Origin: Nitrospirota bacterium
GTDB taxonomy: Bacteria > Nitrospirota > Nitrospiria > 2-01-FULL-66-17
Reading direction: 5' to 3'
DNA length: 64,000 nucleotides
Assembly (NCBI GenBank): GCA_040757335.1
Contig: JBFLXB010000003.1
Span: forward strand, 53,899-117,898
In this document: positions 27,259 through 36,626 of the stretch, in pieces
How positions within the stretch are numbered: the first letter of the stretch is position 1
How the letters are laid out: every line of letters starts with the position of its first letter
Position numbers and translations under genes: made by a program
Notes under the pieces: generated by a model
Seen by the model: only the letters and a program-made list of their open reading frames with translations
What the model was told of the DNA's origin: nothing
The model's database searches: none

Positions 27259-27963
27259 ATGACGCGCCTTGAGCGCCTCTTGGGGATCGCGCTCCTCTTG
27301 TCCGCGCGGCGGCGGTTGCGTGCGGATGACCTGGCAAGCCATTTCAGCATCAGCCTACGAACCGTGTATCGCGACGTGCGCGCGCTGCAGGCGTCCGGGT
27401 TTCCGGTGGTCGGCACGGCTGGGGACGGGTATCGGCTGCCGCCTACGTCGCAGCTCAGGCCGCTGGCGCTTGATCCGCAGGAAGCGGAAGCCTTGGCGGT
27501 CGGCGCTCGGCTGCTGGCCGGGCTCGCCGATGCGCCGTTAAAGGACCGGCTGAAAACGGCGATGGCCAAGCTGGAGGCGGTGCTCCCGCCGGCTGCGATC
27601 GACCGGGTCGCTGATGTGAGCGAGAAGGTGGTGGTGGAAGGCTCTCGGTCGGCCACCGGGCCGCTCGCAACGCTCCTGGAAGCGGTCAATGATCGGCGCG
27701 TGGTGGATCTGACCTATGACGGCATTGCGCGCGGAGAAGTCACGCGGCGCGAAATCGAGCCGTTGGGGCTCGTGCGGTATGCCAATGTCTGGCTCATCCC
27801 CGCGTACTGTCGTCTCCGCGATGATCTCCGCGTGTTCCGCGCCGACAGGATCTTGGGCGCCAAGCTGACCGCATCCACCTTCACGCCGCGGCCGGGATTG
27901 AGTCTCAAGGACTACCTACACAAGGCCGAAATAGAGGCCGCGCGTTTCCCGCACGACTCCTGA
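27259..27963 (+). CDS. HTH + WYL-domain transcriptional regulator (YafY-like, short form)
   Basis: N-terminal wHTH (RLERLLGIALLLSARRRLRADDLASHFSISLRTVYRDV). A WYL domain follows (VVDLTYDGIARGEVTRREIEPLGLVRYANVWLIPAYCRLRDDLRVFRADRI). Confidence 0.65.
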   Translation: MTRLERLLGIALLLSARRRLRADDLASHFSISLRTVYRDVRALQASGFPVVGTAGDGYRLPPTSQLRPLALDPQEAEALAVGARLLAGLADAPLKDRLKTAMAKLEAVLPPAAIDRVADVSEKVVVEGSRSATGPLATLLEAVNDRRVVDLTYDGIARGEVTRREIEPLGLVRYANVWLIPAYCRLRDDLRVFRADRILGAKLTASTFTPRPGLSLKDYLHKAEIEAARFPHDS

Positions 27964-28034
27964 CACCCTCCTGTCACCAGCGCGTTGTATTGTCCATCCG
28001 CGTGAGGATCGGCACCACTCACCCGGAGGACAAA

Positions 28035-28424
28035 ATGAACGCGCACACGCAAACCATCACCATCAACACCGCACCCAAGGTCGTCTTTGATTTCGTCGCC
28101 AACCCGGAGAACCTGCCCAAATGGGCCGTCGTGTTCTGCCGCGGCCTGCGGCATGAGGAATCGCGGTGGATCGTCACCACGCCCGAGGGGGACATGGTGA
28201 TCCGGTACGAGTCCGACGCCAAGACTGGGGCGATCGACATGTACGTGACGGTTTCGCCGAGCGTCGAGAGCCCGGCGTTCTCGCGCGTGCTGGCGAACGG
28301 CGAGGGGTCCGAGTACGTGTTCACGTTCTTTCAGCCGCCCGGCCTTCCGGATGAGGAGTTTCGCAACCAGACGGAGGCGCTGAAGAAAGAGTTGGGTGTG
28401 CTGAAAGGACTTTTGGAGGCGTAG
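28035..28424 (+). CDS. SRPBCC-superfamily protein (polyketide cyclase / AHSA1-like)
   Basis: TITINTAPKVVFDFVANPENLPKWA is the typical SRPBCC N-terminal motif. Confidence 0.5.
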   Translation: MNAHTQTITINTAPKVVFDFVANPENLPKWAVVFCRGLRHEESRWIVTTPEGDMVIRYESDAKTGAIDMYVTVSPSVESPAFSRVLANGEGSEYVFTFFQPPGLPDEEFRNQTEALKKELGVLKGLLEA

Positions 28425-28456
28425 AGGTATCAGAACGACATTGGAGGAGGCTGATC

Positions 28457-28828
28457 ATGGATCGAGCAGACACGACAGGACAGATTGACCGGGGGCAGGT
28501 TGTCGAGTGGGCACCGTTCGAACTGGCGGACGGGGCGAGCGAGGCCGACCTGTTAAAAGCCTCTGCGGCCCTTCAGAGCGATTTCTTGGACAGGCAGCCG
28601 GGGTTTGTTCGCCGAGAGCTGCTCAAGGGCAAAGACGGCAAGTGGGTCGACCTCGTGTACTGGAGCAACCGCGAGGCGGCGGAACGAGCCGTGCAGGAGG
28701 CGGCGGCCAGCCCGGCGTGTCATCGGTACTTTCAACTGATGCGTGAAGCGGACCACGCCGACCCCGGTGCCGGCGTGGTCCACCTCGAACGGGCCATGAC
28801 GTATCCCGCTTTGCCCGTTGCGTCGTGA
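28457..28828 (+). CDS. small alpha+beta-barrel protein, ABM-monooxygenase-like
   Basis: 123 aa. Secondary-structure pattern and conserved acidic/aromatic positions resemble ABM or stress-responsive dimeric alpha/beta barrels. Weak call. Confidence 0.35.
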   Translation: MDRADTTGQIDRGQVVEWAPFELADGASEADLLKASAALQSDFLDRQPGFVRRELLKGKDGKWVDLVYWSNREAAERAVQEAAASPACHRYFQLMREADHADPGAGVVHLERAMTYPALPVAS

Positions 28829-28856
28829 CCCCCGGGTGATCCCGGCCAGCGACAGA

Positions 28857-29276
28857 TCATTGACCGCCAGCTTCGTACATCAGTTTCGCCTGCGCCAGTG
28901 TGGTGCCTGACGCGTCCACTACCGACACGGTCCATTCGCCAGTCCAACTCGGATCGAGTTGTTTGCTGGACCACACGCGCCAGCGCGGGGCTTTCACGTC
29001 GAAGGTCACCGCGGCCTTGACCTCTCCGGCGTATTCCCATTTGTGCGCGACGGCCTGACCTTCGAGGCCCGTCAGTTCGGTGTAGAAAAAGACCTGGGGG
29101 ACGTCGTTCGTAAGCGAGGTGATCTGGTCCGCGGGTTCGCGGTCCGCCACGCCGGTGGTGAACATGGCGCGGGCGACTTTGTCGGAAGCGGGAGCTGCTC
29201 CTGGCGGAGTGGATTCCTGGGCGAAGAGCGGGGCGGTGAGCAAGAGTCCCAAGACGGTGAACACGAGTCGTTTCAT
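28857..29276 (-). CDS. secreted hypothetical protein, DUF2914-like
   Basis: Signal peptide MKRLVFTVLGLLLTAPLFA. VAHKWEY...RWRVWSSK...GEWTV motifs. Confidence 0.4.
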   Translation of the reverse strand: MKRLVFTVLGLLLTAPLFAQESTPPGAAPASDKVARAMFTTGVADREPADQITSLTNDVPQVFFYTELTGLEGQAVAHKWEYAGEVKAAVTFDVKAPRWRVWSSKQLDPSWTGEWTVSVVDASGTTLAQAKLMYEAGGQ

Positions 29277-29361
29277 GGGAGGCCTCCTTTTTTGCGGTGC
29301 CGAGAGCGGTTGGCGGGCAAAGCCTAGCGCATTGTGTCGGGTTGGCAAGGCGTGTTGTTTA

Positions 29362-29478
29362 GCCACGTGAGGGGGGCTGCGGCGCGCGGGATGGCGCGCT
29401 GCACCTTGCTTCGCCATGTGAGGGGAAGCCTGCGGCGTCATAGAAGGCGCACCACTTTGTGGTGCGCTGCACATTGAC
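29362..29478. repeat. two imperfect ~50-bp direct repeats plus an embedded palindrome, in the divergent promoter region upstream of rplI
   Basis: gccacgtgaggggggctgcggcg...ggcgcgctgcaccttg is repeated as gccatgtgaggggaagcctgcggcg...ggtgcgctgcacattg. The palindrome ggcgcaccac-ttt-gtggtgcgc is inserted in the second copy. Confidence 0.55.
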
Positions 29479-29537
29479 ATCCCTCGGGCGGCTCCGGTAT
29501 CATCGATCCTTCGTTCGATACGTATGGAGCTGCGGTT

Positions 29538-29990
29538 ATGAAGATTATTCTACGAGAAGACGTGGATCACGTTGGCAAAATGGGCGATCTGGTGACCGTC
29601 AAAGACGGGTACGCCCGCAACTACCTCCTGCCCCGCGACATGGCGGCGCCGGCCACCGAGCGCAACGTGCGGGCCTTGGAGCACCAAAAGCGCCTGATCG
29701 AAGCTAAGCGCAAGAAAGAACGCGCAGCCGCCGAGGAACTGGTCAAACGGCTGACGTCGATTCCTTTGACGTTCCCCGTGCAGGCCGGGGAAGACGACAA
29801 GCTGTTCGGCTCGGTGACGAGCAAGGATATTTCCGAGGCCCTGGCTGCAAAGGATTTTGTGGTCGATAAGCGGAAGATCGTGCTGGACAAGCCCATCAAA
29901 GCGCTCGGGACCTTCACGGTCCCGATCAAGCTCTCCTCGGAAGTTGTCGGCGAGGTGACGGTCTCGGTGGTTAAACAGGAAACGGTTTAA
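29538..29990 (+). CDS. rplI: 50S ribosomal protein L9
   Basis: MKIILREDVDHVGKMGDLVTVKDGYARNYLLP is the canonical L9 N-terminus. Confidence 0.85.
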   Translation: MKIILREDVDHVGKMGDLVTVKDGYARNYLLPRDMAAPATERNVRALEHQKRLIEAKRKKERAAAEELVKRLTSIPLTFPVQAGEDDKLFGSVTSKDISEALAAKDFVVDKRKIVLDKPIKALGTFTVPIKLSSEVVGEVTVSVVKQETV

Positions 29991-30066
29991 AGCGGTCCCT
30001 CGTGGCCGCGGTTGCCTGACCTCCCCGCATCAGCTAGACTCATCCCCGTTCCCCGTCACAGAGGGC

Positions 30067-30594
30067 GTGGCGATGGTTTCCTTCCCAATTCTGGTCGGCT
30101 TTCTGGGATTCTTGAGCGCGTCGTCTCCGGAGACGTCCCACTCGCCCTTCCTGACCCGTGTGGATCCCGCGTGTGAGCGTACGCTGTCAACGCGCCTGGT
30201 CCAATCCGTCTCGGGGCGGTCCGGGGTGACCCTGGTCCCGCGCGATTCCCGTTCCGGCGCTCACGGCACCTGCAACTATGCGATCAGCGGCGAGATCGTG
30301 ATCTTGTCGGTTGCCATCAACCCGCTGACCAATCCTGCGTTTTACGAGAGCTACCGGCGCAACTGCGGGCATGAAGCGCCGGCGGTTCGTATCACGGGGG
30401 TTGGCGACGAAGCGCTCGCCTGTGCCGCGTATGGAGGCGGAGCCGACCACGCGGTGGTGGTCCACAAGGGACGGCTCGTCGTGGTGATCCAGAGCACCAA
30501 GCGCCTGGACCCTCAGACCCGCCGGATCCGCGAAAGTTACTTCACGACCGACCAGTTGACGGAGCTGGCGCGCACCGTCGTCAGGAACCTGTAA
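30067..30594 (+). CDS. hypothetical exported protein
   Basis: N-terminal hydrophobic segment and several Cys residues. No recognisable domain. Confidence 0.35.
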   Translation: MAMVSFPILVGFLGFLSASSPETSHSPFLTRVDPACERTLSTRLVQSVSGRSGVTLVPRDSRSGAHGTCNYAISGEIVILSVAINPLTNPAFYESYRRNCGHEAPAVRITGVGDEALACAAYGGGADHAVVVHKGRLVVVIQSTKRLDPQTRRIRESYFTTDQLTELARTVVRNL

Positions 30595-30753
30595 ACCGGC
30601 GCTCAGGGACGAGCCCGTTCCATCGCCGCGTCGTGCGGGTTTCGACACTGCCCGGCGTGCTTGAACTCGGCGACCAGCGGGCGTATTGTGAAAACGTTTG
30701 TCCGGCGCACCGTGCGTCGGGTGGGAGACGCGATGAGGCGAAAAGGAGATCGG

Positions 30754-31455
30754 ATGAGTATGCGAGGGATAGCGGCGGTAGCGGTAATCGTCGGACTGTT
30801 GTCGGGAGTTGCCCATGCGCAAAACAAGCCGTCGCTCAAAACCGACCAAGAGAAAGTCAGTTACAGCATCGGGCTGGACATCGGGGCCAACTTCAAACGG
30901 CAGTCGGTGGAGCTGGATTCCAAGGCGCTAGCTGCCGGCATCTCCGACGGCCTATCGGGCGCAAAACCGGCGCTGAGCGAAGACGAGGTGAAAAAGGTCT
31001 TGGCGGATTTTCAACAGCAGATGCGGGCCCGAGCCGCTGCAATGGCCCAACAACTGGCTGATCAGAACAAGAAGAACGGCGAGGCGTACCTGGCGGAGAA
31101 CAAGAAGCAGAAGGGCATCGTGACCCTACCCAGCGGACTCCAGTACAAGGTCCTGAAGGAAGCCAAGGGCGCCAAACCCAAGGCCACCGACACGGTCTCC
31201 GTGCATTATCGCGGGACGTTGATCGACGGGACGGAGTTCGACAGTTCGATCAAACGAGGTCAACCGGCCGAATTTCCCGTGAACCAAGTCATCCCGGGCT
31301 GGACCGAAGCCCTCCAACTCATGCCGGTGGGCTCCAAGTGGCAGTTGTTCATCCCGTCCGGCCTGGCCTATGGAGCGCAGGGCGCCGGCAACATGATCGG
31401 ACCCAATTCTACCCTGATCTTCGAGGTGGAGTTGCTCGAGATCAAGAAGAAATAG
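30754..31455 (+). CDS. FKBP-type peptidyl-prolyl cis-trans isomerase (FkpA/Mip-like)
   Basis: Signal peptide MSMRGIAAVAVIVGLLSGVAHA and an N-terminal dimerisation helix. The FKBP domain carries VSVHYRGTLIDGTEFDSS...GWTEAL...LAYG. Confidence 0.8.
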   Translation: MSMRGIAAVAVIVGLLSGVAHAQNKPSLKTDQEKVSYSIGLDIGANFKRQSVELDSKALAAGISDGLSGAKPALSEDEVKKVLADFQQQMRARAAAMAQQLADQNKKNGEAYLAENKKQKGIVTLPSGLQYKVLKEAKGAKPKATDTVSVHYRGTLIDGTEFDSSIKRGQPAEFPVNQVIPGWTEALQLMPVGSKWQLFIPSGLAYGAQGAGNMIGPNSTLIFEVELLEIKKK

Positions 31456-31485
31456 GCGACGAACGCCGCTCCCGCGTCTGCGGCC

Positions 31486-32112
31486 GTGACCCACGAAACG
31501 GATCAACGGCCCACTCGGCTGTCCGATGATCTGCGCGCGATCCTCGACCGCGCCGCTGGCAACGCGCTCTCGCTCCGCCAAATCGTGGAGGTCCTGCACG
31601 GCCGGGGTTTTGACGTCCTGGTCATCATCCTGGTCCTGCCGTTTTGCCAGCCGATTCCACTGCCCGGTCTCTCCACACCCTTCGGCCTGGCGCTGATGTT
31701 CTTCGGGTTGCGCATCGCCCTCCGACAACGACCGTGGCTGCCCGACTGCCTGCTGCGGCGTGAGATCTCGTACGAGACCCTGGCCAAGATCGTGACCACC
31801 GCGACGGCCGTGGCCAAACGCCTGGAAAAGGTGATCCACCCGCGGTTCCGATTCATGAAACAGTGGTGGAGTTTCAATGCGGTCAATGGATTGGCGATCG
31901 CGTCCAGCTCGTTCTTGCTGATGCTGCCGCTGCCCATCCCGTTTTCCAACACGATCCCGGCTTGGTCGATCTTGTTGCTCGCCCTGGGCATGATGGAGGA
32001 AGACGGAGCGGTGATCGTGCTCGGTTATCTCATGGCCGGTGCGGCATGGACGTATATCGTGACGCTGTGGATGTTGGGGGAGGCGGGAATCCAGCGATTG
32101 GGTTTGTTCTAA
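31486..32112 (+). CDS. ExoD-family membrane protein
   Basis: SLRQIVEVLHGRGFDVLVIILVLPFCQPIPLPGLSTPFGL is ExoD-like. Confidence 0.7.
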   Translation: MTHETDQRPTRLSDDLRAILDRAAGNALSLRQIVEVLHGRGFDVLVIILVLPFCQPIPLPGLSTPFGLALMFFGLRIALRQRPWLPDCLLRREISYETLAKIVTTATAVAKRLEKVIHPRFRFMKQWWSFNAVNGLAIASSSFLLMLPLPIPFSNTIPAWSILLLALGMMEEDGAVIVLGYLMAGAAWTYIVTLWMLGEAGIQRLGLF

Positions 32113-32113
32113 A

Positions 32114-32806
32114 TTAGCCCTTACGCCGCGCGACCATCACGCCGTCCCGGATTGGGTTGAGAAAACAGTCGTAGTCCGGGTCATCGGCGATCAGGCGGTT
32201 GTGTTCCCGGATGGCTTCGGTCCAGCCCGGCGCCACATCGTCCACCACGCGTTGCTGCACCACGCGGCCGTACCAGAGCGTGTTGTCCGCGATGTACAGG
32301 CCTCCGGGCCGGATGCGTTCGCGGGCCAGGCGCCAGACCTCGGGATAGGCGTCTTTGTCCACGTCGTTGTAGACGACGTCGAACAAGCCATCGGTCTCGC
32401 GGAACACGTCTTGCGCCCAACCCACCCGAAAATCGATCCGGTCCCAGCGGCCCACGCGCTCCAGGTACGCGCGGGCCTTTCGGGCGTTCTCGGCCTTCCC
32501 GTCCGTGCAGATCACGGCGCCGACGGCGCCGACCGCGCGAGAGAACCAGTAGGCGGAATACCCGTACCCGCTGCCGAACTCAAAGATCCGCCGCGCCCTC
32601 ACGCTGAGCGCCATGACCTCCAAAAACGCGCCGACCACGCGGCCGACGATGGGGAAGCCGCGCGCTTCGGCCTCGGCCTCCATTTCAAGGATCACCGGTT
32701 CGTCGCGGCGCCGGTGAAGGGTCGTGAGGTAATCAAAAACCTTCGGGTGGACTGGTTCGATGAGTCCACGCGGCGTTCGACTCGGATTGAGCGGGCGTCT
32801 CGGCAT
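32114..32806 (-). CDS. class I SAM-dependent O-methyltransferase (family 3, caffeoyl-CoA OMT-like)
   Basis: SAM motif EFGSGYGYSAYWF and YNDVDKDAYPE. Start at MPRRPL inside a longer GC-shadow ORF. Confidence 0.7.
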   Translation of the reverse strand: MPRRPLNPSRTPRGLIEPVHPKVFDYLTTLHRRRDEPVILEMEAEAEARGFPIVGRVVGAFLEVMALSVRARRIFEFGSGYGYSAYWFSRAVGAVGAVICTDGKAENARKARAYLERVGRWDRIDFRVGWAQDVFRETDGLFDVVYNDVDKDAYPEVWRLARERIRPGGLYIADNTLWYGRVVQQRVVDDVAPGWTEAIREHNRLIADDPDYDCFLNPIRDGVMVARRKG

Positions 32807-33422
32807 GCGGACCTCCGTGACACGGGTGGTCGCGCTTCTGTACCATGAGCCCTTGTCGTCAATCAACGAGAGACGGGTGGAACTGGTTATCGACGGATAC
32901 AACGTGATCGGCAGCCGCGGGGGCTTGTACGGCGACGTGGCGGCCAAGCGCGAGGCGTTCGTCGCGGAGTTGGGGCGGTACGCGCGTCTCAAAGGCCACG
33001 CCATCACCGTGGTCTTCGACGGCTTTCCGCCGGGTCTGGCCCCCACGGCGGGCGGGGCGTCCGGCGCGGCGCGGTATCCGGCGAGCGTGCGGGTGCGCTT
33101 CGCCGAGCACGAACGGGCCGACGATGTGATCATTCGCCTGGCGCAACGACTCCGCGAAGGGGGGACGATCGTGTCCTCCGACCGGGAGGTGCGCGACGCG
33201 TGTCGAGCATACGGCTGCGTGGTCTTGGGCGCGCAAGCCTTTGATCAACGACTGGTCGATGCGCTAGTCAGCAACCAGGGGTTGTCGGGCGACCCGGGAG
33301 CTGAACCGGATAAGGACAGGGATGCTGACTCCGGATTGGACGGTCGAAGGGTCAAGCGCGGCAATCCGCGGCGCCTGTCGAAGGTCGCACGCAAGACGCG
33401 AAAGCGCCTGGACCGGCTCTAA
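32805..33422 (+). CDS. NYN-domain protein, YacP/Rae1-like
   Basis: LVIDGYNVIG...VVFDG...IVSSDREV are PIN-like NYN catalytic motifs. Confidence 0.5.
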   Translation: MRTSVTRVVALLYHEPLSSINERRVELVIDGYNVIGSRGGLYGDVAAKREAFVAELGRYARLKGHAITVVFDGFPPGLAPTAGGASGAARYPASVRVRFAEHERADDVIIRLAQRLREGGTIVSSDREVRDACRAYGCVVLGAQAFDQRLVDALVSNQGLSGDPGAEPDKDRDADSGLDGRRVKRGNPRRLSKVARKTRKRLDRL

Positions 33423-33441
33423 ATCGGGAGCGTGAAGGCGT

Positions 33442-34977
33442 TCAGCGCCCCGCGATCGACGCAGCCGGGACCGTGCGTCGCTGCGTGAGACGGTCTTTGA
33501 ACATCGCGCGGTAGTATCGGTACCAATCGCTCTGGAAGAGCTCGCCGGGGTCGTAGCGCTGCTTGAGCGTCAGGAACTCCGCCATCTGCGGGTAACACGC
33601 CTCGATCTGTTCGCGGGTGGCCCATCGGTGGTAGGTGAGGAAGTATTTGCCGCCGTGTTCGACGGCGCGGTCGATGATCCGCCGAAAATTCGCTTCCGCC
33701 TGCGCGAGGCCCTCCGGGGTGTGGGTCACGTGCAGGTTCATGACGGTACACGCCCACGGTTCGCTCGCCCACGCGAGGAACGACTCCTTGTCGGGTTCGA
33801 TCAGCCGGATGGTGCCGTAGATCACGTGGACCGAGTGACGACGAAAGTCGTCGCGCAGCGTGGCGAGGAACGCGGCGAGCTTGGGGCGCGGGACGTAGAC
33901 CTCCGTGATCATCTCCGTGCCTTGTGCTGGGGCGTGCAGGCGTCGGTCCACCTCACGGTGGTAGTTCTCGATATACACGCTGAGCTGATGGGTGTCTGAC
34001 CAGTAGCGCTGCCCGGAGGTCGTGAGGTAGTAGGACGAGTACCGCTCGAAGGCCCGCTTGGTGTCGGCGTGGGCGAGGTAATACAGCTCCCGCCAGTCAT
34101 CCGGAGCCAGTTCTCGCTCCACGTCCGGCATGGCGGCATCGTCCGGTAGCGGCCGGTAACACGAAAACACCCCGGTTTTCAGGAAGGCGTCGGACGGGGT
34201 GTCGATCGAGAACTGACAGTCGCCGTAAAGAAACCCGTCCGCGATGCGCTTCTCCAGGGCCGGCATCAGGTCGTCCACGTCAATGACTTCCACCACGCGT
34301 TCGAGCTTCGTGCGGGGCATCAGGCGCAGACGGACCCGTACCACGACCCCGAAGTTGCCGTACCCGCCGATGACCAGCCGAAACAATTGAGCGTTTTCGG
34401 TGCGGCTGCACGTCAGGACCGAGCCTTCGGCGTCCACCAGATCGAACGATTCCACGTCTCCGATCATGGGCCGGAGCCGCAGCCCTCTGCCGTGGATGTT
34501 GGCGCCCAAGGCCCCGCCGATGGTGAGCCGATCGGCTCCGGTTTGCTTCTGGATAATGCCCCACGACTTCGCGTCGCCGGCTTGCAGCGCGACCAGCGCC
34601 TTGATCAAGTCGGGCCATTGGATGCCGGCCTCGACCTCCACCACGCCGCGCACGGCGTCCAGATCCAGGACGCGATTCATGGGCCGCGTGTCGATCAGCA
34701 CGGTGTCAGCGCCGAATTGCTGGCCGCCCATGGCATGCCTTCCGCCGGCCACGCTGACGGTCTTGCCGGCACGGCGGGCGGTGTCCAGGGCCGATCGAAG
34801 CGCGGTCAGTGAGTCCACAGCAAGAACCCGATCCACCTGCGTGGGGTTGAGCTGGGAGTGGACGTCATTGACCAGCACGCCGGCCGAGGGCCGAACGATC
34901 CACGAGCAGGCGCTCGGAAACAGGGCGAGCCCGGCGCCGCCGGCCATTGTGGTGAGGAACGTCCGTCGCGTGAGCAT
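33442..34977 (-). CDS. Tat-exported FAD-binding (PCMH/VAO-type) oxidoreductase
   Basis: Twin-arginine signal MLTRRTFLTTMAGGAGLALF. FAD-binding motif VSVAGGRHAMGGQ. ALO/VAO-like C-terminal domain. Confidence 0.7.
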   Translation of the reverse strand: MLTRRTFLTTMAGGAGLALFPSACSWIVRPSAGVLVNDVHSQLNPTQVDRVLAVDSLTALRSALDTARRAGKTVSVAGGRHAMGGQQFGADTVLIDTRPMNRVLDLDAVRGVVEVEAGIQWPDLIKALVALQAGDAKSWGIIQKQTGADRLTIGGALGANIHGRGLRLRPMIGDVESFDLVDAEGSVLTCSRTENAQLFRLVIGGYGNFGVVVRVRLRLMPRTKLERVVEVIDVDDLMPALEKRIADGFLYGDCQFSIDTPSDAFLKTGVFSCYRPLPDDAAMPDVERELAPDDWRELYYLAHADTKRAFERYSSYYLTTSGQRYWSDTHQLSVYIENYHREVDRRLHAPAQGTEMITEVYVPRPKLAAFLATLRDDFRRHSVHVIYGTIRLIEPDKESFLAWASEPWACTVMNLHVTHTPEGLAQAEANFRRIIDRAVEHGGKYFLTYHRWATREQIEACYPQMAEFLTLKQRYDPGELFQSDWYRYYRAMFKDRLTQRRTVPAASIAGR

Positions 34978-34978
34978 G

Positions 34979-35638
34979 TCAATCTCCCGTGGTCGGTGAG
35001 TCGAGTAGGCGGCGGGCTGTGAGATAAAAGAGCCCCATCGCGACGCCCTGGACGGCGTGATACAGCGCGTTGTGGCTGAAGTAGACGGGGTGTACCGTCA
35101 CGCCCGCGCGTTGCGCCATCGCGGCCAGCAACATCAGCGCCACGGAGACCGCTCCCAGACCGAACGCAAATTGGTGTCCCTGAAAGTATCGAGTCGTGAA
35201 TGCCCCGAGAAGGAACAACGCGGAAGGCGCGTAGTGGGCAATCGCCACCGCGAAGGTCTGTGTGACACCCAGCACCACCACCGCGTAACCCGCGAACGCG
35301 ACCGCCGCCGCCGCGGTCACCCGACGCGCCCAGCGGGTAGGCAGCACCACATAGCCGCCGATAGCCCATGCCGACACCGCGGTGCCGCCGATCGCCAGGA
35401 GGCTCAGCGGCCACAACACGCCAAATCCCAGTGACTGCTCGTCCGGAAAGAACCCGTGCACCGTGCCTCCGGTCACGGCCGCGAGGCCGATGGTCCCAAA
35501 AAACAGGGCGAGCCACCCACGCAACCGTCGATCGGGAGTCTTGCGCCGGGCGATCCACGTTGCCAGTACCGCGCACTCGACCGCCAGACCGTAGTCCGTG
35601 AACGTGACATCAGGTTCCAGAGCCGTCATGCGGTCCAT
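34979..35638 (-). CDS. polytopic membrane protein of unknown function
   Basis: 6-7 predicted TM helices. Start ATG 2 nt downstream of... rather, its stop is 2 nt upstream of the FAD oxidase start, so the two are co-directional and adjacent. Confidence 0.4.
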   Translation of the reverse strand: MDRMTALEPDVTFTDYGLAVECAVLATWIARRKTPDRRLRGWLALFFGTIGLAAVTGGTVHGFFPDEQSLGFGVLWPLSLLAIGGTAVSAWAIGGYVVLPTRWARRVTAAAAVAFAGYAVVVLGVTQTFAVAIAHYAPSALFLLGAFTTRYFQGHQFAFGLGAVSVALMLLAAMAQRAGVTVHPVYFSHNALYHAVQGVAMGLFYLTARRLLDSPTTGD

Positions 35639-35756
35639 CCGGTCTCGGAAGTCGTGGGCGCATGATCGACGTGATACCGCCCAAGTGTGCACAAACGCGG
35701 ACAGAACGGCACCCAAGATGAACGAGGACCGAGTGCTGGGCACAGCCTGCGCACGC

Positions 35757-36305
35757 TCAGGTCTGATCCAAACCCGGCAAACCGTCGATGCTGCGCGCGT
35801 TCTTGTCTTGGCGATACGCCCGGAGCATGGTCGGTCCCTTTGCGTCCGCCCATTGCTCGAGCGCGTCTCGGTCGGCGCGATGGTCGAACAGCGGGACCCC
35901 GAATCCGCAGGAGTCGGACACCCGGGTCACGTTGATCTTGATAAAGGCCCGCGTCCCAACGCGGTTGGGGAACTGTGCTCGGAGGAAGTTGAACTCCGGA
36001 TGCTCCGGCGAGATGACGTCGCCCCGTCCGTGTAATCTGACGATTTTGGGCGGGCCCTCGAACGCGCAGAACATAATCACGATGCGGCCGTTGTCTCGGA
36101 GGTGGGCGATCGTTTCCACGCCGCTTCCGGTCAGGTCCTGATACGCGACGGTTCGTGGGCCGATGATGCGAAACGCATCCCCGCCTTTGGGTGAGCAGTT
36201 GACGTGCCCGTCCCGGGACAGGGGCGCCGTGGCCACGAAGAAGACGCGTTGCCGCCGAATCCAAGCCGCGAGTTGATCGTCGATCCGGTCGTGGAGTCTT
36301 CCCAA
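35757..36305 (-). CDS. pyridoxamine 5'-phosphate oxidase-like FMN-binding protein
   Basis: RVFFVATAPLSRDGHVNCSPKGG is the split-barrel PNPOx-family N-terminus. Confidence 0.65.
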   Translation of the reverse strand: MGRLHDRIDDQLAAWIRRQRVFFVATAPLSRDGHVNCSPKGGDAFRIIGPRTVAYQDLTGSGVETIAHLRDNGRIVIMFCAFEGPPKIVRLHGRGDVISPEHPEFNFLRAQFPNRVGTRAFIKINVTRVSDSCGFGVPLFDHRADRDALEQWADAKGPTMLRAYRQDKNARSIDGLPGLDQT

Positions 36306-36527
36306 GACGACCCTCCGTTACCATGCCGTGGTGCACGGTTTGCCGTCGTACCCCACGCGGATCATGTCCTGCCGCTCTTTTCCGGTTCTGCCAGGATCAT
36401 GCGGAGAACACGATGGGTTGTATTGGACCGTAGGAGACAGCAGCGTGTCAATCGTTGATTTGTGATGATTTGACCCAGGCTGCCCGTCCGCCTTTGCCGG
36501 CCCAAGAACGTCCTCCCGCCGGATTCC

Positions 36528-36556
36528 TTGACAGCATAGCCCGCCGGGCCTATGAT
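36528..36556 (+). promoter_or_regulatory. sigma70 promoter (TTGACA-N17-TATGAT) for marC
   Basis: ttgaca at 36528-36533, a 17-nt spacer, and tatgat at 36551-36556. It lies inside the 5' end of the annotated ORF, so the real start must be downstream at 36627. Confidence 0.45.
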
Positions 36557-36626
36557 CCCGGCCGTACTGCGAGGGGTTGGTGTCGAGTCGACACGGATCG
36601 TCGGCGACGACGCGGCCCACGCTGCC

